The notes below the pieces were generated by a model that was not told where the DNA came from, did not search any database, and saw only the letters and a list, made by a program, of their open reading frames with translations. Position numbers and translations under genes: made by a program. Positions 1 through 25,060 of a stretch of DNA of 64,000 nucleotides are shown piece by piece (the first letter of the stretch is position 1; every line of letters begins with the position of its first letter). The stretch comes from Eledone cirrhosa (taxonomy: Eukaryota), in contig OZ024742.1 of NCBI GenBank assembly GCA_964016885.1, positions 287,742,001-287,806,000 on the forward strand, given 5' to 3'.

Positions 1-63
1 CTCATCGTCTAAACCAATGAATGATCCAACATCATTTCGCCAATGGGACGCCGCCTTGGGTAC

Positions 64-294
64 TTAACCCTTCAGTTAACAACCCGGCCAAACACCGGCT
101 CTGCTTCTATGAAATAAAACCACCCATTTTAAAGGTTTCTAATTTAAATTACAATTTTCCAACATAATTTTATATAAGAACCTTACATTAAGTTACTATC
201 TTACTAATGAAATAATTTGTAAATCCCTCAAAATTTTTCATTAATTAATTGATATAGAGTATATTTCATTAGAAATACGGTCATGAACCGGTTA
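64..294. mobile_element. TTAA-flanked MITE (piggyBac-like); related inverted copy at about 17595-17790
   Basis: ttaa-ccct ... ccgg-ttaa ends; second copy of the AT-rich body in reverse orientation. Confidence 0.45.
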
Positions 295-624
295 AACCTG
301 ACGGAGTCAATCCCATATCCAAATCTGAACAGAGAAGGGGGGAGTGTAAGTGAAATGAAGTGACAAGGAGATATAAGGGAAGAGCTGGACTGGTACATTT
401 TATCGACCTCGAAAAGATGATCACAAAAAGAGAAAAACTAATCTCTATTAAAAATGACTAATGACCTCTGAGACAAATTTAGAAGTCCGTTTCCAATGAC
501 GAAGGCTCCGGTTAATTCCTGCTGGTGAAATTAACAATGTGTGACTAGGCTGGTCCCTTGAATTCCAGGTAGAACATATTCCTGACACCTGAGTGGACTG
601 AAGCAACGTGACATATATATATAT

Positions 625-892
625 ACTGAAGTAAAAGTTAAGTGGAAAAATCCAAGAGTAAGAGCACTCAATCCATAGGACGAGTTTAGTATAAATAATT
701 ACAACAGTGACATAATCATGTACTCAAATTTCGTTGGGTTCTGGGTCCCTATTCATTCAGCCTGTCATGAGAAAAGTAAAAGCAAAGATGGCCTCTTTGT
801 TTTTACTTTTTTCATGACAGGCTGAATGAATAGGGACCCAGAACCCAACGAAACTTGAGTACCTGATTATGTCACTATTGTAATTATTTATA
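625..892 (-). mobile_element. Fold-back Penelope-like/retrozyme-like element in (TA)n (palindrome 690-892 plus 3' tail 625-689)
   Basis: About 100-bp near-perfect inverted arms, hammerhead-like motif in the arms, ACTC..GAGTGCT tail hairpin, TA repeats on both sides. Confidence 0.7.
813..871 (+). ncRNA. Type-I hammerhead ribozyme-like motif, variant core CUGAAUGA
   Basis: cagg CTGAATGA ataggg-acccagaa-cccaac GAAAC ttga GTA cctg; stem I cagg/cctg extended by catga/ttatg. Confidence 0.55.
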
Positions 893-1736
893 TATATATA
901 ATTGAAGCTATATATAAATATAATGTGGGTAATAATAAATATTACCTAATTACAAGTATAAAAATAGTTCACTGTAAAATACCAAGTATACTACAGAGCC
1001 GAAATACAATATAAATGACTATCAAAGAGTGTTTAAAACATTTAATCACAATCGTTTCATTCTAGTACAAGGTCGGAATTATCGGAGTAGATAATAAATA
1101 TAACAAATATAATATCAATAAAAATAACAAATGTAATATCAAAACTTTGTCACAAGAATATTAGGAGGATACATAATATGGGACGCTAGATAAGCATAAG
1201 TATCAACATTTATATAAGATATAATATATATATATATCGACAGTCGATCGACTTTCGTCAAATCGGACCGAGAAAACATTGGTCTTTCCAATTGCTAATA
1301 CTCTCTATCGGTCGCAACTCCAGATAGAAGGAGCAACGTGAAATAAGGTGTCATTCCCAATTAACCTAAATTTGGAAACAATAAAAACAATGGAGACTGG
1401 AGTGACTATATCTGACGCAAATCAACCGAGGTGTAATACATTTTATTTAGTAAGGCGGTGGATTGACACTATAGGTAAAGCATCGGACAAAATGCTTTGC
1501 GGTATTTGTTACGATTTTCTACGTTCTGAGTTCAAATCCCATCGAGATCAGCTTCCAAGTACTGGGGTCGATCTAATTGTCTTCTCTTTCCCCCAATTGC
1601 TAGTGTTGTATCTATATTAGAAATTATTATTTCATCAAGAGCAGTGGATTGACAGAGCGTCCGACAGTTACTTAGTAGTATTTAATCGGGCTCTTTACGT
1701 TCTGGTACCAGTCAAGTACTGAGTCGATTTATAATG

Positions 1737-1817
<81 letters not shown>

Positions 1818-2186
1818 CTCCAAATTACTGGCCTTGTGCCAAAATTAGAAGACATTATTACGGTCCTTTACGTTGTGTTCAAATCCCACCAAGGATGTCT
1901 GGCTCTATCTAATAAACCAGTACATGTAAAATGGAAAGGTTGTGATAAGTTTGAACAAGTTAGCAAAGAAGAAGGAAAGCCCCCACAAAATACTAAGAAA
2001 GTATTGATAAAGAGATATGAAAGAAATATGATAATAATGATATATTCAATGAAATAATAACAATCAACAAAACAGATAAAGGAAAACAGACAAACAAAAC
2101 ATGCATATTAAACACTTTCTATTTATCTTCATAGTGAAAGTGGTATGTTTTGTGTTGAAAACTGTGATATACTGTTGTTGTTCAGA

Positions 2187-2910
2187 CGGTGGCGGCGGCG
2201 GTGTTGGTGGTGGTGGGGAGCTGTTGGTGGTGGTAGTGGTGATGGTAGCGGTGAAGGCGGCGACGGTTGTGGTGGCGGTGGTGGTGGTTGTGGTGTGTGT
2301 GTGGGGGGGGGGGGGTTTGAGGTGGAAGTGGTGATAGCGGTGAAGGTGGTAGTGTTTGAGGTAGTGGTGGTAGTGTGGTGGTAACGGTGAAGGTGGTAGT
2401 GTGGTGGTAACGGTGAAGGTGGTAGTGTTGTTGTTATTGTTGTTGTTGTTGGTGGTGGTGGTGGTAGCGGTGGTGGTAGCGGTGAAGGCGGTAGTGTTTA
2501 TGGTAGTGGTGGCGGCGGCCACCACTACCACCTCCACCGCTATCACCACCGCTACCACCACCGCCGCCACCACTACCACAAACACTACCACCTTCACCGC
2601 TACCCGCCTCTCCACCACCACCATCAACACCCCTGCCGCCAACAACACTAGCAACAGTGATAGCAACAAGTAGTAGTGGTGGTGGTGTTGGTGATGGCGG
2701 TTATTGTGGTGGCGGTGGTGGCAGTGGTAGTGGTGGTGGTGTTTGGAACTGTTGCGTTGTAAACATTAATACTTTTTTTTTTCATTGGCAGTGTTGTACT
2801 TACTGATATCGATCGAGGGGTGGTGGTGTATATTTTAGTAGTTGATGCAGTCACTTTTAGCACTGCTGATGGTGCTGTTGGTGGTGCTGCTGTTGTCACT
2901 TTTAGCACTG
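2187..2910. repeat. Degenerate (GGT)n / (ACC)n trinucleotide low-complexity region
   Basis: Visible in the sequence; gives poly-V and poly-T pseudo-ORFs; similar tract at 3560-3800. Confidence 0.9.
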
Positions 2911-4649
2911 CTGTTGTAGTTGTTATGTTTGTCTAAAAGTCTAAAGTCTTTCCTAAACTCAGAGGTTCATAAAGCCGGTGTTTATCCTGATTTCCTTGGC
3001 GGTAAGAGACTGTACTCTACTACTGCTTGTGCTCATTTTCAGCTGAGTATACTGGAGCAAAGTGAAATGAAGTATTTTGCTCAAAAACACAACACACAAT
3101 CCGGTTCAGGAGTCGAACCCACGATATTTTGATTGTAAGTCCAACACCCTAACCACAAGGCCATGAACCTAAGTAGTTAGGGTTTTGTGATGGATTTAAT
3201 CTGTTGTCCAGTTTAACACCACCGCCTGGTCTTTTGGGTGCCTTTAACGGAGCCGACTCTGTTAAAGAAGTTTCCAGTTTGAGGATACGTCCCTTCTTTC
3301 CAAAAAATCTCAGAGATCCTAAAAGGAGTTCACGGTACTGCCCTGCTCTACCTAACTAATCAGTCAATAAAATATATATTCTTATCGAACAGATGATTTA
3401 AAGAGTTCTAGCTGTGACCATGGCGGTATTTTTTTTATTTATCTAGGACTATATGTCTTATACAACATTACTTTATTTATGATGTGGATTTGAGGGAAAG
3501 TTAGCAGCTATTTCCAGCAGGTCGAATGATCGCGTAGAGGTTTCATTGTTGATTAGAGTGTTGTTGTTGGTGGTGGTGAGTTGGTGGTGGTAATGATAGT
3601 GGTGGTGACAGAGGTAGAGGAGCGTTGATAGTGAGTGTGGTGGAGGTGGTGGTGATACTTTCGGTGTGGTGTTGGTGTTGATAGTACTGTTATTAATACT
3701 AGTGGTGGTGGCGATGGTGATAGTACTGTTGATAATACTAGTGGTTGTAGTAGTGGTGGTGTTGTTGGTGTTTAGTGTTAGTGATGGTAAGGGGGTGATG
3801 ACATTTTTCTCCCATATCCGTTTCATTTTCTGCTTATTGACAAATTTGAAGAAAAAAACATAATAAACAAATAAAGTTCCCGGATCTCTCTCGCTCTCTC
3901 TCTCTCGTTATTAAACTTCTACTTTCCTCCTTTTTTGTTGTTGTTGTTGTTTTCTAGTCTTCTACTACTTCCTCTCCTCTCCAACACCGCCACTATTCAC
4001 GTTTACTACCACTAAACCCCTCCCCTCCTCACCGATTTGATTTAAATTCATGCAAGACCTGAATTATTGTCAATCTACAACGTTTACACAAAGGAACTGG
4101 ATACCACCGCTTATAATCCATATATATTATATATTTATAAATAGATATCTACATACATATATATTTATTTACTTACTCGCAAAGGAGGACTCAATACGTA
4201 AAGCAGAGTATACAAAATCTTTTAATAGTTGATATTGGTGAAACTCTACTCCTTCGAGTTACTTCAGTCCCAATTCCAACTAATATATATACACACACGT
4301 GTGTGCGTGTATGTATATGTATATCTATATATGTACTGTATATATGTGTATATGCCTCTATATAAGTACCACTACTGACGGATTAGCTGTTTTGGATGTA
4401 AAGTACCTACATGTAATTTAAGGCAGGACAAGAAAAATTTACACAAACAATCGTAAGAATTTTGCTATATGATCAATTTCTTTTGTTTTGTTTCGTTTTT
4501 TCAATTATATATATATCTGTTGTTCTTTTATAAGTTTTGTTGCTGTTGTTGTGTAGCCCAGGTCCAATCTGATCGAACAGACCTATGTATGATTAAAAGT
4601 ATCCCCGCCGTAACCATCCCTCGGAATCTTGGACTGCATTATCTAATGA

Positions 4650-4818
4650 CAGACCTGTCAACTCTTCCCGTCCGACGGGGTGATCTCCCACCCACTTTGA
4701 AAATGGGTGTAGCTTTAATTATGTAAAATCTCCCCATTTTCCTCATTTCTCCCCGTTTTGGGGCACTTTTTTTTTTCATGGTACTCCCCGTTTGGGTTTT
4801 TAGAGGTTGGTAGGTCTG
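4650..4818 (+). mobile_element. MITE with CAGACCTG(T/C)CAAC TIRs and 6-bp TSD; other copies 24260-24453, 29814-30204, about 39196-39361, 46770-46959
   Basis: TIRs cagacctgtcaac / gttggtaggtctg; TSD taatga here, ttaata, cttacc/cttccc and catttg at other copies. Confidence 0.8.
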
Positions 4819-5068
4819 TAATGAGACATTTCTCGTGATTGATGGGAGATTCGGGTGTTCTTTCTAACAGGTCAAAAGGACCACACAGAGGGTTTATTTA
4901 TTTTTTATTTATTTATTTATTTTTATTTATTTATCCCATGCGCCCTTCCTTTTTTCAAGATGTTCGAGTGCAATTTAAAGGAATTTGGCTGCTGTTAATA
5001 ACATAGATGTTTCCTCGATGACTCGTCTCTTAACTGATATCTTGCAGCTTTTCACAGTTTGTGCGTGC

Positions 5069-5105
<37 letters not shown>

Positions 5106-6227
5106 TGCATTCATGAATATAAACACGTACCACGTGCATATGTAAGCCAACTAAGTTGCCTCTGCGGTGTCATTCATCCTGTTAGAAACAGCAGTCAAAT
5201 CTCCTTTGTATCCACCTTACAGTCTTACAGTAGTAGCGGGCCAGCTTTGAGAAAACATAGACAAGGTTATCACGGTGGGAAAGCCTCTGATCACGAGCCT
5301 GTTCTATGAAAACTGACATTGAAAATATGAACATTTGTCGCAGGGTTTTCACAGAAATGACAATGATGTTTGCTTTTTTTTATGTGTGTATTATTATTGT
5401 TTGGCAGTATCGGTAGAGCGTCAGACACCATGCTTTGCGACATACAGTTTCATCCCTTTACGTTCTGAGTTCAAATCTCACTGAAGCTAGCTTTGCCTTT
5501 CATCCTTAAGTGGTCGATAAAATAAAGTATCTGTAATACACTGGGTTGATTTAATCGACTTCCCCTTCCCCTCAAAATTGTTGCGCTTTGTGCCTAAATC
5601 CGAAACCATTATTGTTGCTGCTGTTGTTGCAGCCTTAAAGCCAGCCTATCTCTAAAACCAAGGCCTTACCGCATTTTTGTTTTATTTAGAAATATTGTAT
5701 CTCGAGCTACAATATTCAACATGTCATTCTTTACTTTAAGGTAGGAGGGTGTAATTTAAAGGTGATTTGCCTGTTATTTCTAGCAGGTTTAAAGACCTTC
5801 CAGAGAATCATGACGAGCTGTCATTTTGTGCGTTTTTTTCCATATAATCACAGGCAAGGCTGTCTGGTTAAGATAATTGATTTGAAGTTATTAGGTCCCC
5901 GGTTGATCTAGGGATGATTTAAGTCCTTCCGAGACCCTAAGCACTTAAAAGATTACATACATACATCATACATACATACATACATACACGATGATGGCTG
6001 CCCCCTCGTTATCGAGTATGGCCATTGCGCGATATACCATTATTAATAATTATTAATTATTTTTATCGTGCAATGCCTGAGCATGAAGATATTTTTTAAT
6101 GTGAGGAAAGACTGTGCACTGAGCCAATCCCACTCTCTGAGCGACAGTAGTTACAACCCGAAAAGAAGAAAAGATCAACATCATCGGTAACTACATACAT
6201 ACATACATACATACATACATACATACA

Positions 6228-6573
6228 TTGTAAAGGTTGTCAGAAAAATACAGGAGAAGAACATCTACAGACCATTGATGAGGAGTTTACAAATCCAGTA
6301 TCCAAGATACACCTTTAGCTTCATACCCATCATTATTGGAGCTACCGGTTATATACCAACCCGCTTGGACCAAAGTATGACTGAACTTGGATTTGCGGAC
6401 AAAGAGCGCAGCTCCCTAATTCATAGTCTACAAATGGCTGCGATAGCTGGCACCTTCAAAATTTGCAAAACATTCCTGCGATTCAAGGGATGACAATTTC
6501 TTTTCTTTTACAACCTTGCCACCAGGAAGGTAGCCGGTCAAAAAAATATACTCGAAATTAAGAGAAAGAGATA
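6228..6573 (+). mobile_element. 5'-truncated R4/Dong-like non-LTR retrotransposon (restriction-like endonuclease C-terminus plus 3' UTR)
   Basis: QEKNIYRPLMRSLQIQYPRYTFSFIPIIIGATGYIP...KICKTFLRFKG* fits the RLE tail (EK..Y..L...IPIVIGALG); flanked by (TACA)n. Confidence 0.7.
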
Positions 6574-6589
6574 ACATACATACATACAC

Positions 6590-6820
6590 GGAGAATATCT
6601 ATGCAGAACTAATGAAGAATCTGCAGATACTCTACCCTGACTGTACCTTCAGATTCATAACTGATTATTGGGGCACTAGGATATGTTAGTATCCGCTTCA
6701 GTACAAATCTCAAGAAGCTGGGTTTCACACAACCAGAAAGAATACGACTAGTTAGGAAGTTACAAGTACAATCCATTTATGGAACTGTAAAAATAGGCAT
6801 TACAAAAATTCTGCATGTAC
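6590..6820 (+). mobile_element. Second, diverged R4-like RLE fragment
   Basis: ENIYAELMKNLQILYPDCTFRFI..IIGALGYV (frameshifted), homologous to the copy at 6228; TACA flanks. Confidence 0.6.
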
Positions 6821-6832
6821 ATACATACATAC

Positions 6833-6922
6833 ATTCAAGGGATGACAATTTCTTTTCTTTTACATACTTGCCACCAGGAAGGTGGCCGGTCAAAAATATA
6901 CTCGAAATTAAGAGAAAGAGAA
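6833..6922 (+). mobile_element. Third R4-like copy (3' UTR only)
   Basis: Nearly identical to 6481-6572 (attcaagggatgacaatttc...aagagaaagag). Confidence 0.75.
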
Positions 6923-6937
6923 CATACATTCATACAT

Positions 6938-7277
6938 GGTGGCTGCCAACTCGTTTTCGAGTACGGCCACTACTTTATATCCATGTAGGAGAACCCCTAC
7001 CGATGCGCTGAACAAGTGTGTCTTATTAGTCCAGCCAGCGACTTGAAAACTCTGGTACAAACACTACACTTGTGACAATTATTGACACATAGTGCTGGGC
7101 CCATGGTACCATGTGACGACAAGTGCAGAGAGATCTCCAGATATAAAGCAATGCCTGTGCCGTGAAGCTGTTATAGTGAGCAAAGGCACTGCACAAAGCC
7201 AGTCCCACTCTCTTAACCAAGATGATATTTACCAAAAAGAAGAACAAGTCAACATCATTGGATACCATCAGGGTTGC
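6938..7277 (-). mobile_element. Non-autonomous RTE-derived retroposon; copies at 59241-59625 and 60561-61061, diverged relative at about 5990-6190
   Basis: Near-identical copies; minus strand carries a [17 protein letters not shown].SH zinc-finger remnant typical of the RTE ORF C-terminus and the 3' hairpin ctcgaaaacgag. Confidence 0.7.
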
Positions 7278-7893
7278 ATACATACATACATACATACAGA
7301 CAGACAGACATGTTAAGTGATGTTTCAAACACCAGATGAATATTGGTTTCTGATTTAGGCACAAGGCCAACAATTTTGGGGGAGGGGAAAGTCAATTAAG
7401 TCGACCCCTAGTGCATTACTGGTACATTAATTTATCGAACCCCGCAATGATGAAAGGCAAAGCTAACCTCGGCATGATTTAAACTCCGATCGTAAAGGGT
7501 CGTAATTCTATGCCATAAAGCATATTGTCCGACGCTCCACGGATACTACCGATATAAATATTGTGAAGAGAAATGGAATGGAATGAAATGGTTGGGTCAT
7601 GTGCTGAGCAAGGATGAGAAGAGAGAAGGAAATCGTCATGGCTAAAGATAGGGGGTATAAAAACCTGAGGGTTGGTGAGGAGGAGGAATGCAGAGGATAG
7701 ATCAAAATATTGAAGCTTGTCAATGGATACCACAAGACTAACACCTACTTTATCATGGAAAGTGGCCTAAAAATGTTTGTTGTTATTGTTGTTGTTTGTG
7801 ACTCCTTCTAATATGTTATAAGCCTCCTGTTTGTAGTTTCCCTATATTTTTACTGTCTTATTTATGTATTTCCAGTGTTAAACTACCAAGAAG

Positions 7894-19449
<11,556 letters not shown>

Positions 19450-20199
19450 AGAAGAATCTATATATGAGTGTGTGTGCATATATATATATAATTGGAGGCT
19501 TAGTAAAATCGAATCTTTGGCGGTGTGCAAGCAAATTCGACCTACGATATGAATGAGTTAGCAAAGCACTCGACAAGGGTAGGTAGGTCCTTAGAGTAAT
19601 AACATACATTTAAATAGGTTGACAAATTGAACATTGTGGCAGGCAAAATCTAACACACAATACCAAAGTAACGAAAGAACTAACAGGTTGAAATATATAT
19701 ATATATATATATACACATGTATATATATAATATACATGTATATATATATATATATTATCATTATCATATATATATAATATACATGTACATATATATATAA
19801 TATACATGTATATATATACATATATATATAATATATATAATATATATAATATATATATAATATATATATAATATATATATATATAATATATATATATAAT
19901 ATATATATATAATATATATATATAAGAGATGTATTTTAATTATGTCTCATATAGAATAATACAACTGGCTATCCGCAAAATACGTATAGTTAGCACACCA
20001 AACGTATAACTGGGATTATACTAAGGTATATCCTAATGTTTGTTGAGTGAGACGGAAGCCGGTCGGAGTATTGCTTAAAGCTTTCTCTGTTAATGTATTA
20101 AATATAATATATATATAATATATATATATATAATATACATATATATAATATACATATATATAATATATATATATATAATATACATATATATAATATATA

Positions 20200-20406
20200 T
20201 TACAAAGGAATTGTGGTAAGGAACCAGATGGACCATAACGCACCAGAGTACTCAATACTTAGGGTAGTAGAGTGGGAAATAGGAAAAAGTATGACCCCGA
20301 CGGCAGAGCTCAAGCCGTTTCGATGGCTATTTATTTCTGGACTGGCGTCCAGAAATAGCCGTCGAAACAGCTTGAGCTCTGCCATCGGGGTCATACTTTT
20401 TCCTAT
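20200..20406 (-). mobile_element. Fold-back element in (TA)n (palindrome 20279-20406 plus tail)
   Basis: Inverted arms, GAAAC half-motif, tail hairpin actctactaccctaagtattgagtact. Confidence 0.65.
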
Positions 20407-20978
20407 AATATATATTAAATATATATATAATATACATATAATATATACATACATATAATATAATATATACATACATATAATATATATATAATATATACAT
20501 ATATATAATATATATATAATATATACATATATATAATATATATATAATATATACATATATATAATATATATATAATATATACATATATATAATATATACA
20601 TAATATATACATATATATACATATATATATAATATATACTTGTATATATATAATATATACTTGTATATATATAATATATACTTGTATATGTATATATATA
20701 ATATATACTTGTATATACATATATATATATATAATATATATATATATATAATATATACATATATACATATATATATATATATAATATATACTTGTATATA
20801 TATATATAATATATACTCGTATATATATATATAATATATACTTGTATATATATATATATATATAATATATACTTGTATATATATATATATAAAATATATA
20901 TATATATAAAATATATACATATATATAATATATACATATATATATAATATATACATATATATATAATATATACTTGTG

Positions 20979-21012
<34 letters not shown>

Positions 21013-21627
21013 TACACCTACTACAGTTGTCACTCACAATTAAGTATGTTTTGATAGTATTGTACCATGCTCTTACTAAAGGTTTCAGGTGCACATACGG
21101 TCGCAGGCAGGCACAGGCACCTCCTCAAACCTCTGCTTACTCCATCTAGCAGAACATTCAGGATGTGATAGCTGGAAGGAAAGAGGGCTGTACTAGCACA
21201 GAGCTCGTACTTTCTTTATCAACCCTCATAGAGGATAGAGGGTAAAGTCGACCCCGGCGGAATTTGAACTCAGAATGCAGAAACCCAGAACAAATATCCA
21301 ATGTTCTAACAACTCTGCCTTATATGTATATATATATATACACATATATATGTATATACCTGCATACATATATATATATATATATATATATGTATTTTTA
21401 ACTCTGATACTGGTTCAGTCTGGTTCAAACTGAATTGGTCTGTCCCAGTCATTCATTGAGCAACATCGGTGAAGTTGGCACCCTTAACTCACAGTTGGGT
21501 GCGGATGCATTCATGTATATATGTGTGTGTCCGTATGTATCTGTGTGTTTCTAAATATATATATATATATATATATGTATATGTATATATATATATGTAT
21601 ATATATATATGTGTGCATATATATATA

Positions 21628-21870
21628 TAGAAGTGGTTACACAACAGTTAGTTCACCAGACCGAGAACAATTGTTTCACCTTATTGGATCCTCAGCTCGC
21701 AATGGACATGGTTCCATATAACCATGTCCATTGCGAGCTGAGGATCTGCTAAGGTGAAACAATTGTTGTTGGTATGGTGAACTAATTGTTGTGTAACCAC
21801 TTCTACCTAACTCGTCCCATGGACTGAGTGCTCTACCACTACCGATATTACCTTTCAGTGATCTACCACT
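21628..21870 (+). mobile_element. Fold-back hammerhead element in (TA)n (palindrome 21628-21805 plus tail 21806-21870)
   Basis: About 85-bp arms, each with CTGAGGA..GAAACAATTGTT; tail actcgtcccatggactgagtgctct. Confidence 0.75.
21662..21699 (-). ncRNA. Minimal type-I hammerhead ribozyme motif
   Basis: Reverse complement: cgag CTGAGGA tcc-aataa-ggt GAAAC aatt GTT ctcg. Confidence 0.6.
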
Positions 21871-21946
21871 ATATATATATATATATACATATATATAATG
21901 TATATGTGTAAATATATATATATATATGTGTAAATATATATATATA

Positions 21947-21993
<47 letters not shown>

Positions 21994-22720
21994 ATGTGTA
22001 AATATATATATATATGTATGTGTAAATATATATATATATGTATGTGTAAATATATATATATATGTATGTGTAAATATATATATATATGTATGTGTAAATA
22101 TATATATATATATGTATGTGTAAATATATATATATATATATGTATGTGTGTAAATATATATATATATATGTATGTGTAAATATATATATATGTATGTGTA
22201 AATATATATATATATGTATATGTGTAAATATATATATATATATGTATGTGTGTAAATATATATATACATGTATGTGTGTAAATATATATATACATGTATG
22301 TGTGTAAATATATATATACATGTATGTGTGTAAATATATATATGTATATGTGTAAATATATAAATGTATATGTATATGTGTAAATATATATATGTATATG
22401 TGTATATATATGTATATGTGTAAATATATGTATATATATGTATATGTGTAAATATGTATATATATATATGTATGTGTAAATATGTATATGTATGTATATG
22501 TATATATATAATATATGTGTATATATGTATATGTATATGTGTGTATATATACATATGTGTGTATATATATGTATATATATGTGTGTATATATATGTTTAT
22601 GTATATGTGTATATATGTATATGCATATTTGTATATGTCTGTATATATATATATATATTTTTTTTTTTTTATACATACACATATATATATATAATCATAT
22701 ACATACATATCTATATATAA

Positions 22721-22761
<41 letters not shown>

Positions 22762-23521
22762 CATACATATGTGTATATATAATTATATATACACATATAT
22801 ATATAATTATATACATACATATGTGTATATTTAATTATATATACACATGTATATATAATTATATATACACATATATATATAATTATATACATACATATGT
22901 GTCTATATAATTATATATACACATATATATATATAATTATATACATATATAATATTATATATAATTATATACATATATGTGTGTGTATATATATATGTAT
23001 ATCTAAATGTATATACGTATATATATATGTACATGCATATTACATTTTACTGAACAGATACTTTTTAAGAATTACTTTTGGGTTGTACTCTGAGTGAGAG
23101 TAAGCAACAGTGGGAGAGAGGCAAAGCATTTCTTTTCTTCAAAGATCAAACAGTGAATCCTTCACGAAGGTTTGGATCTTACCAATATGTCCCCCTGTTT
23201 CGAGATATATGTATATATTTTATTTTTTCATTTCATTTCTTCTTTTCTGCCTTTGTTTCCCTTCTGACATTCTTATTTCTGATTCAAAATCATTTGAATG
23301 GATGTAGCCAAGTGGTTAGGTTGTTGGTCTCGCAATCATATGTCATGTGTTTAAGTCATGGACCATGCATTGTGCTCTATTGCTCAGCAAGACACTTGAT
23401 TCCACATTACTTTTCTCCATAGGACTGAAGAGTGAAGACTGTTTTATTAAAACAGCTAAGATATTTTCTATGTTGGGCAACTTCATAGATCAGCTAAAGC
23501 TGTCAATTTAATTTTTTCCTG

Positions 23522-23580
<59 letters not shown>

Positions 23581-24499
23581 TATATATGATATGTGCATAT
23601 ATATGTGTGCATATATATATATATATATATGTGCTTATATATATATGTGAGTGGTGAGTGTGTGTACACATATATATGTATGTATACATATGTATATATA
23701 TACATATATGTATATATATACATATAATAGATATGTGTGTGTGAGTATACATATACACACACACACATATATATACTTATATATATATGTATATATATAC
23801 ATATAATAGATATGTGTGTGTGAGTATACATATACACACACACATATATATATACTTACTTACATATATATATATATATATACATATAATAGATATCTGT
23901 TTGTGAGTATACATATACACACACACAGATATATATGAGTGTTTGATTTTTTTTATGATTTAAATCCGTTTAAAAAGCATTTCCATATTTTCTGTTTGTA
24001 TTTTGTTTGTGTTTTTGTTTTTGTTTTTCTTTTAAAAATATGATAACATTGTCTTAAACGGAAGAGAGAGGTTTTGGGCAGTGACTGGTGATGATAAATT
24101 TATAAATGAGCTTTCATCAATGTTTAAATATAATAAAATACTATTTATTTACAAATCTTTGTTCAACGTTCATTGCTTTCAACAATTGTGCTTAGTATAT
24201 AACTTTGATAACTTTGATGGTTTCGGCCAGTATTGGCCTAGGCCATGTCTAACTTAATACAGACCTGTCAACTCTCCCCATCTGACGGTGAATCTTCCAC
24301 CCACTTTGGGGTGGGTGAGAGATGTCTTCTCTTGTGAAAGTGGGTAGAGCTTTCATTATGTAAAATCTCCCCATTTTACTTCCTTTCTCCCTATTTTGGG
24401 GCACTTTTTTTCATGGTACACCTCGTTTAGGTTTTTAGAGGCTGGTAGGTCTGTTAATAGTACCACCTGGTGAAGTCTTTCAAATCAGGATTTGGACAC

Positions 24500-25060
24500 C
24501 ATGGCCCACTCAAGGTTTATTGTTCATGGAGACATATGCGGGTGTAGGAGGTTTATCCATGATTTCTTGAGGGAATATCTCCAAAGACTTTTTGAATTTT
24601 ATGGGATCTGTTTCTGTTTTAATGTGTTTTGGTGTAATGTTAAAGAGAACAGGACCAGTTGAGGTGAAATAATTGTGCCAGTTTGTTTGTTTTTTTGTGG
24701 GCAGATAGTATGGGGCAAAAGCATTGGGTGTATTTTAAAGATGATGCCAGCATCATTTGGGAAATGCTGATGGAATATTTTCCACATCATGCAGATAATG
24801 TAGTGCTCACGGCAGCGTTGGAGAGAGAGAGTAATGTTTGAGCTTTTCTAGTCGACCCCAGTTGTCAAGGCCTGTCATGCCATCTATCTTTTTGGTGATT
24901 GACCTTTGAGGGGCTTCAATTGTCATGATACGTTGTTTCATGTGGGGAGACCACAGTGGACAACATTATTCAAGGAGGAGCCAGGCAAAAGTAGAGAAGA
25001 GAAGGATAATGGTGTGGATATCTCTCAACTGGAAAGTTCTGTGGGCCATGTCAACATTGC
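24500..25060 (-). mobile_element. Decayed CR1-group LINE ORF2 C-terminus
   Basis: Minus strand ..YFTSTGPVLFNITPKHIK..FKKSLEIF..IMDKPPTPAY, plus a CMMWKI segment; stops and frameshifts. Confidence 0.55.

Larger units (their letters stand above)
19693..23040. repeat. Compound (TA)n/(TATG)n microsatellite region with embedded fold-back elements
   Basis: Visible in the sequence. Confidence 0.9.

Noticed and set aside
1040-1092. Decayed hammerhead-like motif on the minus strand; also the half-motif GAAACGATCGTA at 45018-45029
   Set aside because: The CUGANGA core or stems cannot be assigned confidently.
2064-3863. Poly-Val and poly-Thr ORFs resembling mucins or membrane proteins
   Set aside because: They arise from GGT/ACC repeats on both strands, with no supporting gene structure.
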